32,000 nucleotides of DNA from Pseudodesulfovibrio piezophilus C1TLV30 (lineage in GTDB: Bacteria > Desulfobacterota > Desulfovibrionia > Desulfovibrionales > Desulfovibrionaceae): assembly GCF_000341895.1 (NCBI RefSeq), contig NC_020409.1, forward strand, positions 3,122,411-3,154,410, read 5' to 3'. Each line of letters opens with the position of its first letter. The first letter of the stretch is position 1. A model generated the notes under the pieces. The model was not told the origin of the DNA. It did not search any database and saw only the letters and a list, made by a program, of their open reading frames with translations. Position numbers and translations under genes: made by a program. Positions 21,690 through 30,871 of this stretch are shown in pieces.

Positions 21690-22373
21690 ATGGTGGAAAA
21701 GGAAAGGGCTGTAAGCAGAAAAGTGCAGGGGGAGGAAACCCGTGCACTGCTGATTGATGTCGGGGCACGTCTTTTTGGCCTTCATGGGTTTCACGGGGTG
21801 AGCATGCGGCAGTTGGCTGCTGAGGCCGGAGTCAATCTGTCGACCGTGGGGTATCATTTTGGTGGGAAAGCTGGACTGTACGAGGCTATTCTGCAGGAAC
21901 TCATCGCCATGCGCGACGAGATATTCCCACCGATCCCAGAGCTTGAGAAGCGTCTGTCCGAAGCAGCAGGGAATGCCAATGATCTGGCGGAAGTTGTCTC
22001 TTGGTATATGAACAGGCTTGTTCATGGTATTCTCGGGCAGAAAAGGGAGAGTTGGCCAGCTTTCATCATTTCCCGTGAATTGGCCCAATCCACGGAGTTG
22101 TATCCAAAAATCGAAAAAGAATTTTTCGACCCGACATTCAGTTCACTTTTTATTTTGGTCGATGCGGTTCTGCCGGATGTTGACGACAGGGAAGAAATTG
22201 TTATTACCAGCCACTGTATTATTGGTATGATTATCAAATTTCTGGAAAGTCATAAATTGATAACCAAACGTTTGAATTGGGAATCCTATAGAGGGCGCGG
22301 GGTTGAAAAGATCTCCGTCATTATGAGCAAACGCATTAGAGGCTTCCTTGGCCTTCCCATGGAGAATGCATGA
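21690..22373 (+). CDS. TetR/AcrR-family transcriptional regulator
   Basis: The preferred start is ATG 21690 (MVEKERAV...), preceded by AAGGA; ATG 21663 is an alternative. The HTH region is TRALLIDVGARLFGLHGFHGVSMRQLAAEAGVNLSTVGYHFGGKAGLY. The stop codon overlaps the start of the RND adaptor gene (ATGA). Confidence 0.8.
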   Translation: MVEKERAVSRKVQGEETRALLIDVGARLFGLHGFHGVSMRQLAAEAGVNLSTVGYHFGGKAGLYEAILQELIAMRDEIFPPIPELEKRLSEAAGNANDLAEVVSWYMNRLVHGILGQKRESWPAFIISRELAQSTELYPKIEKEFFDPTFSSLFILVDAVLPDVDDREEIVITSHCIIGMIIKFLESHKLITKRLNWESYRGRGVEKISVIMSKRIRGFLGLPMENA

Positions 22374-23470
22374 TGAAATATAGGTTTGTTTTCGGTTTTG
22401 TCGTGATGTCCTGCCTTGTCCTTTTGCAGGCGTGCGGTGGGGGCCAGGAAGAGGTCGCTGCCCCTCCCCGTCCTGTCAAAACCATGATCGTGAAGGAATA
22501 TGACATCGGTCAGCAATGGACATTTGCCGGAACTGCAGAAGATGCTCTTGAAACGCAGCTTTCATTTCGGGTGGGTGGAAAGATTATTGCTTTTCCCGGC
22601 GAACAGATAGGACGAAAGTTTTCCAAAGGCGCAGTGATCGCCCGCCTCGATCCTAGTGATTACGAACTGGAATATCGTCAGGCCAAAGCGAATCTGGAGC
22701 AGGTGCGTGCCAATTATGTGCGTGCCAAGGCAGATATGCAGCGGAATACGGAACTCTATAGACGAAGTGTCATCTCCCGTGGCGAATTGGATCAGATTGA
22801 GGCTGATTTCAAGTCCTATGAGGCGCAACTCAGCGCATCGGCCAAGCAACTCGATATTGCCCGCAAGCATCTCAGTTATACGACCCTGAATGCGCCATTT
22901 GATGGCTGGATAGGAGAAGTTCAGGCTCAGGTGCACCAGAACGTTGCTTCGGGGCAGGCAGTCGCTTCTTTCAATGCAGGTCGTGAGATGAAAATGTATG
23001 TCGCTGTACCGGATACGTTGATCGCACAGGTCCATGAAGGTGACAAGGTCGAGGTCCGGTTTGATGCTCTGCCCGGCACGATCTTGTTCGGCAAAGTCAT
23101 GGAGGTCAGTGTTGATTCCACAGCCAGTTCGACCTATCCGGTCAAGGTCTATCTTGATAATAAAAACAGGCTGTTGCGAAGTGGCATGTCCGGTCAGGTC
23201 AGTTTTCTTGGACGAGAATCTTCAGGCGCACGCTATTTTGTTCCGCCTGTGGCCGTATTAGGCAAAACGGATGGAACGCGCTCTCTCTGGATCGTTGACC
23301 CTGCGACCTCGACTGTCTCCAGTCAGACGGTGACCATAGGAAGTCTTTCAGAGCATGGTCTCGAAATTGTGGAAGGAGTCAAAAAAGGTGATATCATTGT
23401 GACACGGGGTGTCCATCACCTGAAAGAGGGCCTGAAGGTTCGCTATTCCAGTCGTGGTACGGAGGGATAA
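22370..23470 (+). CDS. RND efflux periplasmic adaptor (membrane fusion protein, HlyD family) lipoprotein
   Basis: 366 aa. It has the lipobox LVLLQAC, a coiled-coil hairpin (YRQAKANLEQVRANYVRAKADMQR...) and barrel-sandwich/beta-barrel segments. Confidence 0.85.
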   Translation: MMKYRFVFGFVVMSCLVLLQACGGGQEEVAAPPRPVKTMIVKEYDIGQQWTFAGTAEDALETQLSFRVGGKIIAFPGEQIGRKFSKGAVIARLDPSDYELEYRQAKANLEQVRANYVRAKADMQRNTELYRRSVISRGELDQIEADFKSYEAQLSASAKQLDIARKHLSYTTLNAPFDGWIGEVQAQVHQNVASGQAVASFNAGREMKMYVAVPDTLIAQVHEGDKVEVRFDALPGTILFGKVMEVSVDSTASSTYPVKVYLDNKNRLLRSGMSGQVSFLGRESSGARYFVPPVAVLGKTDGTRSLWIVDPATSTVSSQTVTIGSLSEHGLEIVEGVKKGDIIVTRGVHHLKEGLKVRYSSRGTEG

Positions 23471-23472
23471 TC

Positions 23473-26400
23473 ATGAATCTCGCCAAGTGGTGCATCAAGA
23501 ATAATCGTACTTCCCTCGTCCTGTTCGTGATCATCGCTCTTGGCGGTATCATGACTTTTATCAATATTCCCAAGGATGAAGACCCTGATTTTACCATCCG
23601 TACCGCTCTTGTCTCAACTCAGTTTCCAGGTGCATCTCCCCAGCGCGTGGAGGAATTGGTCACAGATAAGCTTGAGGAAAAGATTCGAGAATTGAGCGGG
23701 ATCAAAGTTGTTCGGTCCCAGTCCATGACCGGGGTTTCCATTATTGAGGCTGAATTCGAGGATTCACTGAAGGATATGGAACCTGTCTGGCAGAAATTGC
23801 GTAACAAGGTTTCCGATGCGGAATCATCCTTGCCGGATGAAGCCTACGAACCTGTGGTCAATGATGAATTTGGCGATGTCTTTGGGATTGTCATTGCCTT
23901 GACCGGGGATGGATTTTCCTACCGTGAACTTAAGGACGCCGCTGATTCCATGCGGGACCAGTTATTGAAGATTGACGGCGTCGGCAAAGTGGAGCGATGG
24001 GGGACCCAGGCTGAGCGTATCTTTGTAGAATTTTCCAATTCTCGTATGGCTGCGGCAGGTGTCAGTCCTTTTGCCCTGGCCCAGATCATCGATAATCAGA
24101 ATACAATTCAGCCCAGTGGTTCCAGTCAGGTTGGGCCGGAGCGTATTGTTATTGAGCCGACTGGAGAATTCAAGGGAGTGGACGATATCTATGCCCTGAG
24201 TATTCGCCCTGCCGGACAGAAGACATCCGTCAGGCTGGCAGACGTCGCGACGATTACACGGGGGTTTACTGACCCGCCGTCTACCATGACCCGGTACAAT
24301 GGGCGTCCCGGTTTGTTTCTCGCCGTTTCCATGGCAGATGGCGGCAATATCACGGAACTGGGAGAACGGGTTCAGAAACGGTTGGGTGAATTACGCCAGG
24401 ACATGTTCCTGGGCATGGATGCGGACGTTTTGGTTTTTCAACCGGATTACGTGAACACTGCCATCAGTGATTTCATGCTGAATCTTCTTGAGTCCTTCGG
24501 TTTTGTGGTTATCGTGATCCTTGCCTTTGCGGGCTTTCGAACCGGTTTGATAGCAGGGTCTCTCGTGCCTATGGCGATGCTTGGTTGCATTTGCCTCATG
24601 CCGTTTTTCGATGTCGGGCTGCAACGTATTTCCATTGCTTCATTGATTATCTCACTCGGTATTCTTGTTGATAACGGGGTCGTTGTTTCCGAAGCCATTC
24701 TTGTCAGACTGGCTGCGGGTGAGGAGCGACTCAAAGCGGTGGCCGGTGCTGTCAGCGAGTTGTGGATGCCGTTGCTCGCCGCTTCATTGACAACTATTTT
24801 CGCTTTTCTCCCTATCCCCTTGGCTGAGAATGCTACGGGTGAATTCTGTTTTTCCCTTTTTGTGGTGGTCTCTTTGGCCCTGTTGTGTTCGTGGGGCATG
24901 TCCATGAGCATGGTGCCGATGATGTGTTACTACATTCTTAAGCCGAAGTTGAAGGTGGAGACTTATATGGGGCGTCTCTATCGGTGGTATCGCAGTTTTC
25001 TTCTTCTGTGCTTGCGCAATAGAACGGTCTTTCTTGCCGGAGTCCTTCTCTGTTGCGGCGTGGCTGTATGGGGATTCAAGTATGTTCCGAAAATGTTCTT
25101 TCCCCCTAATGAACGGGCGCAGTTCACCATTGATTTTTGGCAGCCTTATGGAACGGACATTACCACGACAAACAAACGGGTGACTCGACTTGAAAAATTC
25201 CTTCTTGCGGACAAGGATATTGATAGTGTTGGTGTTTTTGTCGGGCATGGTGGGCCTCGCTGGTATCTGCCGCTCAATCTCGAACAGCAGAATAGCAATC
25301 TGGCCACATTCGTGATCAATACCAAGTCCGTGGAATCCGTTGATCCCCTTATTTCACGGACGAGAAAGGAATTGGAAGAGGCATTCCCTGATGCGGATTA
25401 CAGTTTGAATAAACTGATGAATGGGCCACCGGTCGGTGCTCCGCTTCAGGTGCGTATTTCCGGCCCTGACATGAAAACCTTGTATGCTCTGCGAGATAAG
25501 GTGGTCGCACTTGTCGAAAAGCAACCCGGCATTACCCGTGTTTGGGATGACTGGGGGCAGTGGACCAAGAAAATGCTGGTTAAAATTGATCAGGAGAAGG
25601 CTCGCAAGGCCGGGTTAACCAGTTTTGACGTGGCAGTGAGCCTACAAACCAGCATGAGCGGTCTTCAGGCTTCAGAGTATCGGGATGGGGACACTTCGAT
25701 TCCGATCCTGCTTCGTAACAATGAAGGCGTCCGTGATCATCTCGATAAAGTCGGAAGCCTGAATGTGTATTCCTACGATAGCGGAAAGAGTGTGCCTTTG
25801 AGTCAGGTGGCTGAGACGAAACTTGATTGGCAACCCTCTGATATCCGGCGTAGGGACCAGACACGGACCATGACTGTCAAGGCGAATGTGGGAGAAGGAT
25901 ACTATGCTCTTACTATTTTGGGATCGATTCGACCTCAAATCGATGAACTCATGAAGCAGGGAGATTGGCCGATCGGGTACACCGTCGAGTACGGAGGAGA
26001 ATTTGAAAAGAGTGTGGAATCTCAGGAAGCGATTAATGCCAATATGCCTCTTGCCATGGGGCTGTTGGTCTTGGTTTTGGTCTTTCAATTCAATTCGCTC
26101 CGACGCCCGTTGATCATTCTCCTGACATTGCCTCCCATGATGGTCGGTATCACCGCCGGGATGCTCGCGACCAATGCTCCCTTCGGCTTCATGCCTATGC
26201 TCGGCATGATTTCTCTCCTGGGTATTATCGTCAATAATGCGATTATGCTCATAGACCGGATAGAAATTCAAAGGAGCCGGGGAATGGATCTTGCCAACAG
26301 CATCGTGATATCAGCCATGGAGAGGGCGAGACCCATCATCATGACTGCAACCACGACGATTATCGGCATGATTCCACTCTCGTTGCAGGGGGGCGAAATG

Positions 26401-26571
26401 TGGCGTCCCATGGCCAACCTGATCATGTCAGGGCTGGCCTTTGCGACAATTCTCACCCTTGTTCTCTGCCCGGTCCTATATTCACTGTTCTTTCGTCAAT
26501 CCTTTGGGAAGTATACGTGGGACCCCGAAGAAGTCAGGCAGGGGAGTGACCTGAATGCGCTTTCTGAATAA
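23473..26571 (+). CDS. RND efflux transporter permease (AcrB/AcrD/AcrF family)
   Basis: 1032 aa with 12-TM RND topology and two large periplasmic loops. Typical N-terminus: MNLAKWCIKNNRTSLVLFVIIALGG...IPKDEDPDFTIRTALV. Confidence 0.9.
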   Translation: MNLAKWCIKNNRTSLVLFVIIALGGIMTFINIPKDEDPDFTIRTALVSTQFPGASPQRVEELVTDKLEEKIRELSGIKVVRSQSMTGVSIIEAEFEDSLKDMEPVWQKLRNKVSDAESSLPDEAYEPVVNDEFGDVFGIVIALTGDGFSYRELKDAADSMRDQLLKIDGVGKVERWGTQAERIFVEFSNSRMAAAGVSPFALAQIIDNQNTIQPSGSSQVGPERIVIEPTGEFKGVDDIYALSIRPAGQKTSVRLADVATITRGFTDPPSTMTRYNGRPGLFLAVSMADGGNITELGERVQKRLGELRQDMFLGMDADVLVFQPDYVNTAISDFMLNLLESFGFVVIVILAFAGFRTGLIAGSLVPMAMLGCICLMPFFDVGLQRISIASLIISLGILVDNGVVVSEAILVRLAAGEERLKAVAGAVSELWMPLLAASLTTIFAFLPIPLAENATGEFCFSLFVVVSLALLCSWGMSMSMVPMMCYYILKPKLKVETYMGRLYRWYRSFLLLCLRNRTVFLAGVLLCCGVAVWGFKYVPKMFFPPNERAQFTIDFWQPYGTDITTTNKRVTRLEKFLLADKDIDSVGVFVGHGGPRWYLPLNLEQQNSNLATFVINTKSVESVDPLISRTRKELEEAFPDADYSLNKLMNGPPVGAPLQVRISGPDMKTLYALRDKVVALVEKQPGITRVWDDWGQWTKKMLVKIDQEKARKAGLTSFDVAVSLQTSMSGLQASEYRDGDTSIPILLRNNEGVRDHLDKVGSLNVYSYDSGKSVPLSQVAETKLDWQPSDIRRRDQTRTMTVKANVGEGYYALTILGSIRPQIDELMKQGDWPIGYTVEYGGEFEKSVESQEAINANMPLAMGLLVLVLVFQFNSLRRPLIILLTLPPMMVGITAGMLATNAPFGFMPMLGMISLLGIIVNNAIMLIDRIEIQRSRGMDLANSIVISAMERARPIIMTATTTIIGMIPLSLQGGEMWRPMANLIMSGLAFATILTLVLCPVLYSLFFRQSFGKYTWDPEEVRQGSDLNALSE

Positions 26572-26578
26572 GTGGTGA

Positions 26579-27433
26579 TCATACGGAACAGCGCATCATC
26601 TCCATGAAGTTGGCGAGTTGTGGTAAATACGGTTCGGAAAAGAAGACATGTGTATCCATGGGGAGTGTTGCGACTGGTCGGTCTGCACTGGTGCGAACCC
26701 TGATCGCCGATTGGTCCATTTCTACTACCATCGGGACGACTTCTTCTTCACTCTCGCTACACAGGCTTTCTCTGGTGCCGGGGGTAAAAACCGTGGTTGT
26801 CCCATTGGGATGCACGGCCTTGACCCTGGTCAAGGTCGTGGTAACGCGGACAACAGCACCTGACTTGTCAAAGACCAAGGAATTCCAATCCCCATTCACA
26901 CCAATGGCGTCCGGGTCATATGCCGTGATTTCCCCGGCTGCTGTCTTGACTGGAGTCGGTTTGGCCGGTTCCAGGGAACTGACTTCGCCATCAGGGGTGA
27001 AACTGACTCCGATACGAGTATCCAACATTCCGGCGGGGGTGGAAATGGAGATGGTCTCTCCTGGCCAGAGGGTGATGCTGCGCAGGGTTTCATTCTCGTA
27101 AAAACTGATTCCGATGATGCGCGTTGTGATGGTTCCGGAGGGAGTCACCAGAGTGACTGGGCGAGCAAGGTTCGCTTCATCTTCCTGTGCCCAATAGCCG
27201 GACAGCTTTCCATTGAGGGGGAAAATTCGATTGATGCATCCGTTTGCATGGAAGGAGATCAGTTCCGCAGGGATTTCCCCAGCTGGTGTCACAACTGTTT
27301 GTTGCGATTCCAGCGGCAGTGATTTGATGACCCCGGATTCATGAAAGACGACAGGTAAAATTTCCTTTCGACGCAGTTCGTTGGCTGTGTGCTGGGCAAT
27401 GAATTCACCATACTTCGTTTCAATGGTCTGCAT
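26579..27433 (-). CDS. Hypothetical protein with degenerate tandem repeats (F-x-x-x-G ... TP-x-G-x-I units)
   Basis: 284 aa with a strong SD (GGAGGAAAT) before ATG 27433. It has no signal peptide and no TM segment. There are 4-5 repeats of roughly 31-50 aa: FHESGVIKSL..VTPAGEI, FHANGCINRI..VTPSGTI, FYENETLRSI..STPAGML, FTPDGEVSSL..KTAAGEI, FDKSGAVVRV... Confidence 0.6.
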   Translation of the reverse strand: MQTIETKYGEFIAQHTANELRRKEILPVVFHESGVIKSLPLESQQTVVTPAGEIPAELISFHANGCINRIFPLNGKLSGYWAQEDEANLARPVTLVTPSGTITTRIIGISFYENETLRSITLWPGETISISTPAGMLDTRIGVSFTPDGEVSSLEPAKPTPVKTAAGEITAYDPDAIGVNGDWNSLVFDKSGAVVRVTTTLTRVKAVHPNGTTTVFTPGTRESLCSESEEEVVPMVVEMDQSAIRVRTSADRPVATLPMDTHVFFSEPYLPQLANFMEMMRCSV

Positions 27434-27701
27434 GATTTCCTCCGTGTCTTTTCAGGATGTTTGGTCACAGGAAAACGGTTTATGAAGTGGACAGTATCCC
27501 ATCCATTTTCATCTGAGAAAAAGACTTCTCAACTGCAAGTCCTTTCGGGAGCATGAGCCAATCTAATTTTACCGTGTGCAGCCACTCTACAGTGCCATGA
27601 CTGGTCAGGCGAGCGGGGTACATGCGCTTGTGCGGAATTGGAGAGGAAGCATATCCAAAAGAAAATCAGGATGAATTTTCTGAGCATAGAAGCGATCCTT
27701 T

Positions 27702-28799
27702 TTAATTGCGCTTGGCTAATTCGGATAATTCCAGCGAAGTCAGTGGACGTTCCAGTTGCCAGGCCAGTTTTCTTACCGCTGAAACAAGCTGAGGGAGCTC
27801 CCGTTCGGGATATTCAAGCCCGTTCTTATCAAGTGCGTGGGCAACTGCCGCCCGCCCGCTTTTGCCGCCAACCGCGAGAGTGCGATCTGCGCCGATGGTT
27901 TTCGGTGAAAACGGCTCGAAGAGGTCGGGAGATTTGCTGAGTGCGTGAGCGTGGATGCCTGATTCGCATGAAAAGATATCCTTACCTGCAATGGCTTTCG
28001 TTCGAGGAATCGGGACCCCGGCAGCTTCAGCGACTTGATGGCAGAGTTGACGAATCCCTTGAGTTTGATACCCATGACTTTCCTCCTTGATGGTAAAATA
28101 CGCAGCAACTTCTTCAGTGGCGGCTATACCGGATCGTTCCCCGATTCCCAGAACACTGACATCTGCGTAATCTGCTCCTGAGGCCAAGGCTGTGATAGCA
28201 TTTGCCGTGGCCATGCCAAAATCGTTATGGCAATGGACCGCCACATCGATTTCAAGATTCTCTTTGAAAGATGTAATCATTTTTTTTGTCTCAGAGGGAG
28301 TCAGCAAACCGAGAGAATCTGACAGTCGGACCCTTGAAGCCCCCATATCCTGTGCCAGCATCGCAGCAGTCAGGGAAAACTCCGGGTCGGCACGGGAGAT
28401 ATCTTCAAGGCCGACAGAAACATATTCCACGCCGAGAAGGACGGCGGATAAAACTGTTCCGGCCAATCGCTCAAGTAATCCTTCGCGGTTGGTGTGCAAT
28501 CTGTTCTTGAGATGAAGATCGGAAACAGGGACACCAATATTGATCCTGTCCACATTCAATGCCGCTGCGGTGCGGATGTCTCCGTCCCGGCATGGGGTCC
28601 ATGCGCTTATCCGGGTTGCCCCGGCGAAGGGGCGAACACGGCGAATCAGTTCTTCAAGTCCATTTTGACCTACCCAGCCCAGTTCTAATTCTTCCACACC
28701 AAGTTCAAGGAGTCCTCGTATGATGGCTTCCTTTTCTTTCATGCTGAAATAAGCGCCGAAAAGCTGAGCGCCTTCTCTGAGTGTCGTATCAATCAACAT
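27702..28799 (-). CDS. nifV: Homocitrate synthase-like protein (NifV; HMGL-like/pyruvate carboxyltransferase fold)
   Basis: The preferred start is ATG 28799 (MLIDTTLREGAQ...), with GGGAGA 6 nt upstream; the ORF-track start 28880 adds 27 poorly supported residues. The metal-site motif is VHCHNDFGMATAN. There is no LeuA-type C-terminal regulatory domain. The gene is divergent from nifH. Confidence 0.7.
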   Translation of the reverse strand: MLIDTTLREGAQLFGAYFSMKEKEAIIRGLLELGVEELELGWVGQNGLEELIRRVRPFAGATRISAWTPCRDGDIRTAAALNVDRINIGVPVSDLHLKNRLHTNREGLLERLAGTVLSAVLLGVEYVSVGLEDISRADPEFSLTAAMLAQDMGASRVRLSDSLGLLTPSETKKMITSFKENLEIDVAVHCHNDFGMATANAITALASGADYADVSVLGIGERSGIAATEEVAAYFTIKEESHGYQTQGIRQLCHQVAEAAGVPIPRTKAIAGKDIFSCESGIHAHALSKSPDLFEPFSPKTIGADRTLAVGGKSGRAAVAHALDKNGLEYPERELPQLVSAVRKLAWQLERPLTSLELSELAKRN

Positions 28800-28936
28800 G
28801 TTGTTTCTCCCAATGTCATGTGCTGTTCCATGCGTATGGAGAAGCATGAACGATGCCAAAGCAGTCTGTTGATTTAACATTCTAAAATTACGTGTTTTTT
28901 TTAAAAAAGCGTTGCGGGTGTTGTTGCTGACATTTT

Positions 28937-28992
28937 TGTAGGTTCCTACAACTTCGTCTGCGAAGTTCGTTGCTTCCTACACTTTTCGTAGG
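28937..28992. promoter_or_regulatory. Cluster of inverted repeats with TGTAGG/CCTACA half-sites upstream of the nifH promoter (candidate activator binding sites)
   Basis: Three elements: TGTAGG-tt-CCTACA (28937-28950), AACTTCG-tctg-CGAAGTT (28950-28967) and CCTAC-acttttc-GTAGG (28976-28992). They lie 70-125 bp upstream of the -24 element. Confidence 0.4.
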
Positions 28993-29021
28993 TGAGTTGT
29001 CTCTGTGTGGTTTTATGATAA

Positions 29022-29951
<930 letters not shown>

Positions 29952-30116
29952 ATCTCATTTCGCATCCCTCCCGGCGTCTTCCGACGGTCGAGACTCGACG
30001 AATTTCGTGGATGAACGAAAGGTCTGCTCTTAACACCGATGCCTTTGACCCGGGAGGAATAAAAGAGAAAATGCAACCAAAAGTACATAATTCAAGTAAG
30101 ATAGGAGAGCGTTAAA

Positions 30117-30470
30117 ATGATGATCATGGTAAGAGCGATTGTACGGCCTGAAAAAGCGGATGATGTCTTGGCTGCCCTGATGGACAATGGTTTTCCGGCA
30201 GTCACCAAATACTCCGTGGCTGGTCGCGGCAAGCAGCGCGGCATCAAGATCGGTGAAGTCACCTATGATGAAATCCCCAAGACCATGCTCATGAGCGTTG
30301 TCAACGCCGCAGACAAGGACTTCGTCATCACGACAATCATGAACGCTGCGCGCTCCGGCACCAAAGGTGCTTTCGGTGATGGTAAGATTTTTGTTTCCGA
30401 AGTCGAGGATGTCTACACCATCAGTTCCGGCGTCAACGATACTGCCGCCGCTTCCGAGGAGGCAGCATAA
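30117..30470 (+). CDS. nifI1: P-II family nitrogenase regulator NifI1
   Basis: 117 aa with a P-II fold (MVRAIVRPEK...AVTKYSVAGRGKQRG...GDGKIFVSEVEDVYTI). It sits between nifH and nifD. Confidence 0.85.
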   Translation: MMIMVRAIVRPEKADDVLAALMDNGFPAVTKYSVAGRGKQRGIKIGEVTYDEIPKTMLMSVVNAADKDFVITTIMNAARSGTKGAFGDGKIFVSEVEDVYTISSGVNDTAAASEEAA

Positions 30471-30844
30471 TGAAGGAAATCATCGCAGTTGTGCGCATGG
30501 ACATGATGAACCGCACCAAGGCTGCCTTGACTGAGGTTGGCGTGGATGCCTTCTTTGCTCACGAAGCACAGGGCCGAGGCAAGGGGTTTATCAACTCAAG
30601 TGTCCTGGAAGGCGCTGAGAGCGGATACGAAGAAGCCGCAGCAGTCCTGGGAGAAAAAGGGAAATTGTATCCAAAGCGCATGTTGACGGCAGTAGTCACT
30701 GACGATGTCGTGGAAGAGGTGGTGGAAGCAATCACCTCTGTCAACCAGACCGGGAAACCCGGCGATGGCAAGATTTTCGTCCTGCCTATTGGGGACGCAG
30801 CCCGCGTCAGAACCTCTGAAACCGGCGAAAAGGCGATCGCCTAA
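30470..30844 (+). CDS. nifI2: P-II family nitrogenase regulator NifI2
   Basis: 124 aa with a P-II fold and an extended T-loop (HEAQGRGKGFINSSVLEGAESGYEEAAAVLGEKGKLYPKR...GDGKIFVLPIGDAARVRT). Its start overlaps the nifI1 stop codon (TAATG). Confidence 0.85.
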   Translation: MKEIIAVVRMDMMNRTKAALTEVGVDAFFAHEAQGRGKGFINSSVLEGAESGYEEAAAVLGEKGKLYPKRMLTAVVTDDVVEEVVEAITSVNQTGKPGDGKIFVLPIGDAARVRTSETGEKAIA

Positions 30845-30871
30845 AGCGCCGCTTTGAAGGAGAGCAAATAC

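Noticed and set aside
30071-30115. A 14-codon mini-ORF (MQPKVHNSSKIGER) ending 1 nt before the nifI1 start, as a possible leader peptide.
   Set aside because: It has no well-spaced SD and no notable codon content. An ORF this short is expected by chance in a 165-nt spacer.
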